Part shown: in pieces, positions 55,820-64,000 of the stretch
How the letters are laid out: each line of letters begins with the position of its first letter
Position numbering within the stretch: position 1 is the first letter of the stretch
Assembly (NCBI RefSeq): GCF_006345805.1
Contig: NC_043010.1
Span: 13,702,001 to 13,766,000 of the forward strand
DNA from: Octopus sinensis
Lineage: Eukaryota
Length of the DNA: 64,000 nucleotides
Direction: 5' to 3'
Notes under the pieces: generated by a model
The model's input: the letters and a program-made list of their open reading frames with translations, nothing else
Databases searched by the model: none
Told to the model about the DNA's origin: nothing
Made by a program: the position numbers and the translations under genes

Positions 55820-56040
55820 TTACTCTTTTATACTCTTTTACTTATTCCAGTTATTTGACTGTGGCCATGCTGGAGCACCGCCTTTAATCGAGCAACTCGA
55901 CCCCGGGACTTATTCTTTTGTAAGCCCAGTACTTATTCAATCGGTCTCTTTTGCCGAACCGCTAAGTAACGGGGACATAAATACACCAGCATCGGTTGTC
56001 AAGCAATACTAGGGGGACAAACACAGACACACAAACATAT

Positions 56041-56071
<31 letters not shown>

Positions 56072-56220
56072 CGACGGGCTTCTTTCAGTTTTCCGTCTAC
56101 CAAATCCACTCACAAGTATAGTAGAAGACACTTGCCCAAGGTGCCACGCAGTGGGACTGAACCCGGAACCATGTGGTTGGTAAACAGGCTACTTACCACA
56201 CAGCCACTCCTGCGCCTATA
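55820..56220 (-). mobile_element. Family-A SINE with a small internal deletion
   Basis: Lacks the ggcattggtcggcccgggg segment. Confidence 0.9.
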
Positions 56221-56424
56221 AATAAGTAGCTTTCCTCTGTTTTATCTTGATACCTTTAACTCACCAAGTTAAATTTAATTTGTGACTAAGTCTCACAGCC
56301 TACGACTTATATATTGTATTTTTATTATTATTTAGTCGTAAGAGGGAGAGCAGCAGCATGGCACTTCCATGTCATGTAGGAGGAAACAAAGAAGTTATTC
56401 TCACACGAAGACTTCTCTTGAATG

Positions 56425-56798
56425 GTTACTCTTTTACTTGTTTCAGTCATTTGACTGCGGCCATGCTGGAGCACCGCCTTTAGTCGAGCAAATCGACCCC
56501 GGGACTTATTCTTTGTAAGCCCAGTACTTATTCTTTCGGTCTCTTTTGCCGAACCGCTAAGTGACGGGGACGTAAACACACCAGCATCGGTTGTCAAGCA
56601 ATGCTAGGGGGACAAACACAGACACACACATACATATATATATACATATATACGACAGGCTTCTTTCAGTTTCCGTCAACCAAATCCACTCACAAGGCAT
56701 TGGTCGGCCCGGGGCTATAGCAGAAGACACTTGCCCAAGATGCCACGCAGTGGGACTGAACCCGGAACCATGTGGTTGGTTTACAAGCTACTTACCAC
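56425..56798 (-). mobile_element. Family-A SINE
   Basis: Near full-length copy. Confidence 0.9.
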
Positions 56799-57263
56799 GA
56801 AGAGAGAGAAAGGACTTCGCCAAAGGCATCCATCCAAGTGACAAATATTGTGTAAGCCAGGCGACAGATTACATGCACCATCTTAATACAGTACCAATTC
56901 AGAATATATGACGATTGTGATAAAAAGTATTTGTTTGTAGTTTAAAATTGCCAAATTCTTTTCCTGTTGTCAACACTTGAAAACTGTCTGAACTGTTTCG
57001 AGCAGTGAAATATTTCAAAACTTTCGTGATAGGAGTAATACTCTGTAAGTTGATACAACGAATATAAATGACAATAGGAGCAAATGTGTAGCTTCATACA
57101 ATGCCAAGGATGGATACGATGATAGTTCAACTTATGTTTCATTATCACAACCAGATCGGTACACAATAAAGTCTTTTATTTTAAGACTTAGTAAAGTCTG
57201 TAATTTCATCTGGTTTTCAGACTATTATATATGGAAATATAGGTTTTACTTTCAAAATAAAAA

Positions 57264-57400
57264 TTTGCTAACCAACCACATTGTTCCGGGTTCAGTCCCA
57301 CTGCGTGGCATCATGGGCAAGTGTCTTCTGTTATGGCCCCGGACCGACCAATGCCTTGTGAGTGGATTTATTAGACGAAAACTGAAAGAAGCCTGTCGTA

Positions 57401-57455
<55 letters not shown>

Positions 57456-57645
57456 TTGTCCCCCTAGCATCGCTTGACAACCGATGCTGGTGTGTTTACG
57501 TCCTCGTCACTTAGCGGTTCGGCAAAAGAGACTGATAGAATAAGTACTGGGCTTACAAAGATTAAGTCCCGGGGTCGATTTGCTCGACTAAAGGCGGTGC
57601 TCCAGCATGGCCGCAGTCAAATGACTGAAACAAGTAAAAAGAGTA
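57264..57645 (+). mobile_element. Family-A SINE
   Basis: Near full-length copy. Confidence 0.9.
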
Positions 57646-57944
57646 ATACATAATACGCTAATATTTATTACTAATGTTAACGTTCGTCAAACAAATTTAT
57701 AAAAATACCAGTAAACTATTCAAGGTAAATAAAGAAACGTCAAAATTACAAGAGGAATTAGAGATGATAAGAAGTGTATAACAAGGAATTTAAATTGTGA
57801 GGAAGAAAAATAATAGGAAAGAAAATTGAAAAAAGTGTCAAGATCAGCAGGAAATGGTAAAGAAACGATGGGATGGCTGGGATATGAAGTCTGAACTGGA
57901 ATGTGAAAAAGGAAAAATTAACAGGGAAGAATGGAGAAAGATAG

Positions 57945-58364
57945 GGTGATCTTTCGTCTCTAGTAGACCTTTCCGTCGATTTCCGTAAAAAAATTTTTTT
58001 TTTTTTTTACATATGGGCTTGCGGGAACTTTTGAAGTAATATACATACATATACACATACACAGAGTAAAAAATGTCAGTTATCTCTTTCTTTCACACAT
58101 TACTCTGTCTCTTCACACACACTAACAGAAGCACTTCACTTACACAACATACTGTCTGTCTCCCACACCCCATCAAACACACACATGTACATCAATGCTT
58201 CCCATGCACGGTAACTTCAAAAGAACTTCCCTCGTCATACAATCGCTTTCTCTTAGTCTCTTTCGCTCTCATTACTTCAAAAGTTCCCGCAAGCCCATAT
58301 GTAAAAAAAAAAAATTTTTTTTACGGAAATCGACGGAAAGGTCTACTAGAGACGAAAGATTGCC
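57945..58364. mobile_element. Fold-back MITE, ~95-bp TIRs, perfect 8-bp TSD (AAAGATAG); Merlin- or Mutator-like
   Basis: Arms ~57945-58040 and 58271-58364; TSD at 57937-57944 and 58365-58372; GG termini. Confidence 0.85.
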
Positions 58365-59439
58365 AAAGATAGAATTTAGAATTTCAGAGATACACCCTAA
58401 AAAGGGAACGAATAACAATAAGTAATGTCAGCAATTGTTAATTCTAGAAAGAAAGGAGAGAAGTCGAATTAAATAATGTCAGTGAAGTATTTAAAAAGTT
58501 GGTAACACAAGAGTCAGGTGCTGAAAAGCGAAAACTGATATCGTAAGAGTTAATAGTTGCTGTTTAACATCAAGTGAGCCCTGATGGAGCAGTTTATGAT
58601 CGAAGGTATGCCAGCTATGCCCATCCCGCCTTTTTTAAGAGTATGTTGTATTACATAGTACCTACATTATGGGCATTCCTATAGGATAGAGTTGGAAATT
58701 ATATTAAGGGCCCAAAACTAATTAATTTGGATTTGTATGTTTTTAACATCGTTGATTACAAAAACTGCAAAAAAATAAAAAGGGGGGGACGCCCCTTCAC
58801 CTGCCCTTTCGCACAACTTTTCAGTTTTTTTTTTACTTTCTTTCGAATTTGTTCTCAGATTTATGTTTTAAACGTGAGATTATGATTATTCAAAATTATC
58901 CGTAACATATATCTCCACCACGTAACAAAAAAAAAATAATAATTGAACAAGAGAAAACTGAAAATTCACGGGAAAAAAGTTGGGTGAGATTGGGATAAGA
59001 TTTCATTTGTTTTTTGGTGGGGTTTTTTTTTCCACATACATACATACAGATTCGGAGAAATTACAATGTCTTGTTTTGGCAACTAATTTTCGACTCTCTT
59101 CTAATAGAATATCTTACATTATGTAACTTGTCGTTTTTACCTTGTTTAAAACAGTGGGGTGTGATTTGAGGTAGGTTTGATTACTATTTCTAGCAGACCT
59201 AGCGACCATGGAGAGGCTTTTACGAGGGAAATCTTTTTTAGTAACGGGAAGAGAAAAAAGGGGGCAGTGATAGATAGAATATGTTGTTAAGTAGGGATAA
59301 TAGGAGAGAGAATAAGAGAAAGGGGAAAAAAATTGAAAAGACAGCAACACGAAGAAAGGGGTCAAATAAGAACTATGGGTTACTCTACTTGTAAACGAGA
59401 ACGGACTAAAAAAAAATGAATGAATGTAGAAGTCTGATG

Positions 59440-60330
59440 GAGAAGGGAATGTGTAGTAATGAAAGAGAGAAAGACAGAAGGAGGGAGAAAGGAGAAAGAG
59501 AGGAGAGAGAAAGACAGAAGGAGGGAGAAAGAAGAAAGACAGGAGAGAGAAAGACAGAGGGAGGGAGAAAGGAGAAAGACAGGAGAGAGAAAGAGGAGGG
59601 TGAGCGAGTAAAAGAAAAGGGTGAGAGGGAGGAAGGGGAGGGAATAAGAGGAGGAAGGTGAGAGAAGAGAAGATAAGGAGGAAGGAGAGGGAGTGTTAGA
59701 GCGAGCGGGAGAGAAAGATAGAGAGAGGGGGAGTAACAGGAGCAAAAAAATCAAAACAAAAGATAGAATCATATGAATTGTATTAAGACAGAACACGTAG
59801 GAGAGAAGAAAATGAGATAAGAAACGAAGACAGATGGTATCTTTTGAGGAAAATTATAATTAAAGAATACGGGAGCAGAAGGATAGGGAAAAAAAAAGGA
59901 ACAGGATAATTGAAATGAAGAAATAAGGGATTAAAAAATTCAGAAAAGAAAATTAAAGAATTGGGGGAAGAGAATTAAAGTGAATTAAAAGAAAGCGAAA
60001 TTATGAAAGAAATAAGATTTTTGAAAAATAGAGATGAATTTAAAATGTGAAAAAGGGGATGAAGAATTTATGAAAAAAAAATAAGATGATCGAAATTATG
60101 AAGATAGATGCATTCAAGTAGAGATTAATTAAAAGGATTAGTGGGGGAAAATTGAGACGAAAAGATAAGACAAAGAGGAGAAAGGATAAGATAGAGAGAC
60201 AGGGAGAGAGATGAGAGGAGATGGAGAAGAAAATGGTGGGTAGGGGATAGGACAAGAGAATTACAATGGGAAAAGAAGAAAAAGGAAAGTGAGATGAGGA
60301 AGGAAGGAATCAAAAGTGAAGGAAACAAGT
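59440..60330. repeat. Purine-rich (GA) low-complexity tract; a similar tract lies at about 61600-62600
   Basis: Plus strand is almost only G/A over hundreds of bases. Confidence 0.85.
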
Positions 60331-60474
60331 AATATATATTGGATGAGAATGACGAACGAAAGTAGGGTGAATTTTAATATACAAAAAGGGATATGCCCCC
60401 CCCCTAACACCCCCACCAAAATGGAAAAGCATAGGTGTAGGAATATTGATTACCTAAAATACATTACATGTATG

Positions 60475-60537
<63 letters not shown>

Positions 60538-60661
60538 GCACACATATGCACATTTCTAAATGTGCAATATATGCTCTCAAAATATACGTGTGTATATTTC
60601 ACACACACACATCTTATATACATATGCATACATACGTGTAGAAATATATGTATATGTCTAA

Positions 60662-60693
<32 letters not shown>

Positions 60694-63382
60694 AGAAAGA
60701 AGGAAAGAGAGGTGTGCATGGATGGATGGATGAGGAAGTCAGTCAGAACGGGGGGGGGTGAAATGAAAGCTGAAGAAAATGAATGAATTTATACATTGTG
60801 CACATTAAACCGAAATTAAGGAAATCGCTGGAAAGTAGATTAAAAAATAATGTGATTATAAATTCCCTTATTGGACATTGTTATATATCATTCCCTTGAA
60901 TTTCCGTGTAAAATATATATTCGATTATGAGTGTACCTATTTGTGTGTCTATGTATACATACATATATATATATATATGCACACGTGTATATACTTAAAC
61001 ACATATATATAAATATATATATATACATACAGACACATGTATGTATGAAAGAGCTATCTTTACATACATGAATACATCCACATGATGTATGTGCCAATTA
61101 ATTACATACAATAGGTAAGTGAGTGTATATGTGTGTTTGGCATGTATACATGACAATAGTAAAGACTACCACGATAAAGTTTCTATAATGGAAGAGCAGT
61201 CTATCTATGATCACGTTTTTTATAGGATAACTAGAAGTACATTGGCCCAATGTGTACTTTCCATTTAAGACAGAATGGTTCGATGTGAAGTAAAGTTGGC
61301 TGCTGTTTCTAGCAGGTCGAGTGGCTACAAAGATTCACTCGATGATTGAGCTGGTGTTTTAGCCCAAGGTCAGCCGTGATTGAACAAACCCCCATCATCG
61401 AAGCCGTTCAAAGTTGTCACTGTCCCTTCTATTTATCTATAAGACTAACGTTATCCAGTGCCTTCTTTTCTTTTAAGGACGGGGTGAGACAAGGTTGCTA
61501 TTTCTAGCATGTGGATCCACCACGTACAGACTCGATAAGATAGTTCTTTGGTTGTGCTGTACAAGGTGGAAAGTTAGTAATATTTGATGAGGAAAGAGCC
61601 GACGATCGGTCCTAGATTTAAAGCAAAGCAGAGAAAAAATAGTAAAGAGGCCAAGGAAAATGAGAGAGAGTTAAAACAATGAAAATAAGAGTGATGGATT
61701 GGAATAGAAGAGCTAAAGAGAAAAGGATAGGAGGGAGCAAAAACAGAAGTGGTAAGAGCGATTAAGCATAAACAATTTTATTTACAATGAGGGGTGAGGG
61801 GGAAAAAGATAGTGAGAACAAAGAGAAAGGGCAAAACTATATAAGAGGGAGCAACAGCGACAATAGTAACAGCGAGAGAAGTGAAACAAAAAAAATAAAG
61901 AAAGAAAGAAGAAAATATAAAAGGAGAGAGAAGCAAAAAAAAAAACGGGAGGGAAAAGCAACGTAAAGAGTAAGAGCGAGAGGAGAGTAAGATGAAATGA
62001 GAGGTAGTAGGTAAATGGAGGGAGAAACGGCGATAATAGTAACAGCGTGAGGAGAAATCGAGCTTGAGGAAACTGTAACAGAGTAGCAGGAGGACGCAGA
62101 GGTAGCAGCGTGAGGGAACGGAGGAGAAGTTGTATGAAATGACTACAAGAAAAAAAAGGAGCTACACAACAATGATCAAGGTAATAGGAGGAGAAAATAT
62201 GTGTCCGTGTGTGATGATGATGTTGTGTGAGAATTGACTACATAGATATATATAAATATTTATATATATATATTATTTATATATATATACGCTGATGTAT
62301 GTGATGTGTTTACGAAAGGCCTTGATCGTGAATGGGAAGGAATGAAAGAGTGGGGGGGAGGAAGGAGGAATGAGAGAGAAGCTTTATAGGAAGTTGGTTT
62401 GTGTGAGAAGGAGAGTGAAGAAGAAGAAGGGAAAAAAAGAGAGAGAGAGGATAGGACAGCAGAGAGATGTACGGTGGTGGGAGGAGGAGGAGGAGGAGGC
62501 AGTGAAAGAGAGAGAGAGTGATAGATAGATAGAGTGAGTGAGTGAGTGAAAGGGTGAGAGATGATTGGTTTGTAAAAAAAAGGGAAAAGAGAGCCAATAT
62601 GTCATCAAAAATATATATTTTTTCGGAAGAAATATATTTTCGGCCAGAGAAACGAGATCGAATTGTAATAGTTGATGAAAGAAATCTGCACAAAAAAAAA
62701 AAAGTTATAAAAGGACGGGACTTAGAAAGTCGATTGTAACTCTGAAGGAGTGTGTGTGTGTGAATGAATGTTTGGTGTTGTGTTGTGTTGTGAGGGTGAT
62801 GCTGTGTGTGGAGGAGGAACGGACGAGGATGGACGAGAAGTGAGGCTGCTTTCGAAGACCGTTTTGCATACAAGTGGAAGGAAGAGATAGAGATTTTCGA
62901 CAAGGTGGGAGGTGAAAAACAGCCGCCCGTTGCTTAGACATCTCAGAAAGTTGCCGTGTCTGTGAGATGAGTGGTGGGTAAGCACCTACCTTTGTGAAAC
63001 AGGACGACCACTTAAGGCCCCCGCCGAAAAGAGACCGGGTTATTTTAACACCAACAAACTGCAACTCTTTATCATTCCACACACACCGACACAACACGCG
63101 CGCACGGGAACGGCATCATAGGGGGAGGCACAATGACATACAGACAGACAGACAAAAATGTTTTATTTACTCAGTTTTTTTTCCAGGAATCTGTGAGTGA
63201 GTGACTCAAACAGCAAAAGGATGTAAACAAAGGGCAGATAACTGCACCGAGCTTACTCTACTCTAATCATAAGAATAATTCTCTCCTTGGCCTTTTTTCA
63301 TTCATTCATTCATCTTCGTTCATCGCAAAACCCACCCATCTCACCTTTCTTATTTCAATGTAAATTATCATTGTTATTATTA

Positions 63383-63680
63383 TAGGCGCAGGGAGTGGCT
63401 GTGTGGTGAGTAAGTAAGCTTGCTTACCAACCAACCACATGGTTCTGGGTTCAGTCCCTCCCACTGCGTTGCGTGGCATCTTGGGCAAGTGTCTTCTACT
63501 TATAGCCCCGGGCCGACCAAAGCCTTGTGAGTGGATTTGGTAGACGGAAACTGAAAGAAGCCCGTCGTATATATGTATATATATATATATATATGTATGT
63601 GTTTGTCCCTCTAGCATTGCTTGACAACCGATGATGGTGTGTTTACGTCTCCGTCACCTAGCGGTTCGGCAAAAAGCCGG
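63383..63680 (+). mobile_element. Family-A SINE with stutter insertions, leading into a tandem array
   Basis: ataggcgcagggagtggctgtgtgg head. Confidence 0.85.
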
Positions 63681-64000
63681 TCGTATATATGTATATATAT
63701 ATATTTATTTGTATATGTGTATATATGTTTGTTCCTCTAGCATTGCTTGACAACCAATGATGGTGTGTTTACGTCTCCGTCACTTAGCGGTTCAGCAAAA
63801 AGCCTGTCGTATATATATATATATTTGTATGTGTATCTGTGTTTGTCCCTCTAGCATTGCTTGACAACCGATGATGGTGTGTTTACGTCTCCGTCACTTA
63901 GCGGTTCAGCAAAAAGCCTGTCGTATATATGTATATATATATATTTGTTTGTCCCTCTAGCAATGCTTGACAACCGATCATGGTGTGTTTACGTCTCCGT
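63564..64000 (+). repeat. Tandem array (at least 4 units, ~114-126 bp) of an internal family-A SINE segment, running off the window end
   Basis: Units start gtcgtatata at 63564, 63680, 63806, 63920; each has (TA)n + ccctctagcattgcttgacaaccgatgatggtg...gcaaaaagcc. Confidence 0.9.

Noticed and set aside
59380-60328. Leu/Ser/Phe-rich and Glu/Arg/Gly-rich ORFs
   Set aside because: Products of the GA low-complexity tract.

Overview
AT-rich (roughly one-third GC, by eye), repeat-dense animal genomic DNA. It is most consistent with an Octopus/coleoid cephalopod genome; this is an inference from the tRNA-derived SINE families, RTE LINE and multi-finger C2H2 genes. Only two convincing protein-coding regions are present: a tail-to-tail pair of C2H2 zinc-finger genes about 23 kb apart, each with its CDS in one exon. 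ZF1 (+, 23551-25437) has 13 nearly uniform R/Q-R-D-T-L fingers and 9 QPQHPS/T heptads. ZF2 (-, 48265-50358) has 16 fingers built as four 4-finger modules plus a poly-His tail. The rest is >20 copies of one SINE family, five other SINE families, a 2.6-kb dead RTE LINE, three Tx1/L1-clade 3' fragments, non-autonomous Helitrons, GG-ended 8-bp-TSD MITEs, TTAA piggyBac-type MITEs, Penelope-like fold-backs and long microsatellites. Best leads: (1) a Helitron family whose 41-bp terminal palindrome occurs in two opposite loop orientations (flip/flop); (2) an 18-copy, ~141-bp satellite made from a SINE Pol III promoter head lying between the ZF genes; (3) a complete PHD finger inside the RTE reverse transcriptase, in a copy that looks twin-primed; (4) an orphan YY1/ETS/NRF1 promoter pointing at ZF1 from downstream; (5) the ZF pair's contrasting predicted specificities (NCG versus NAA triplets). 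Almost all other ORFs in the track are artefacts of microsatellites, SINEs or antisense frames.
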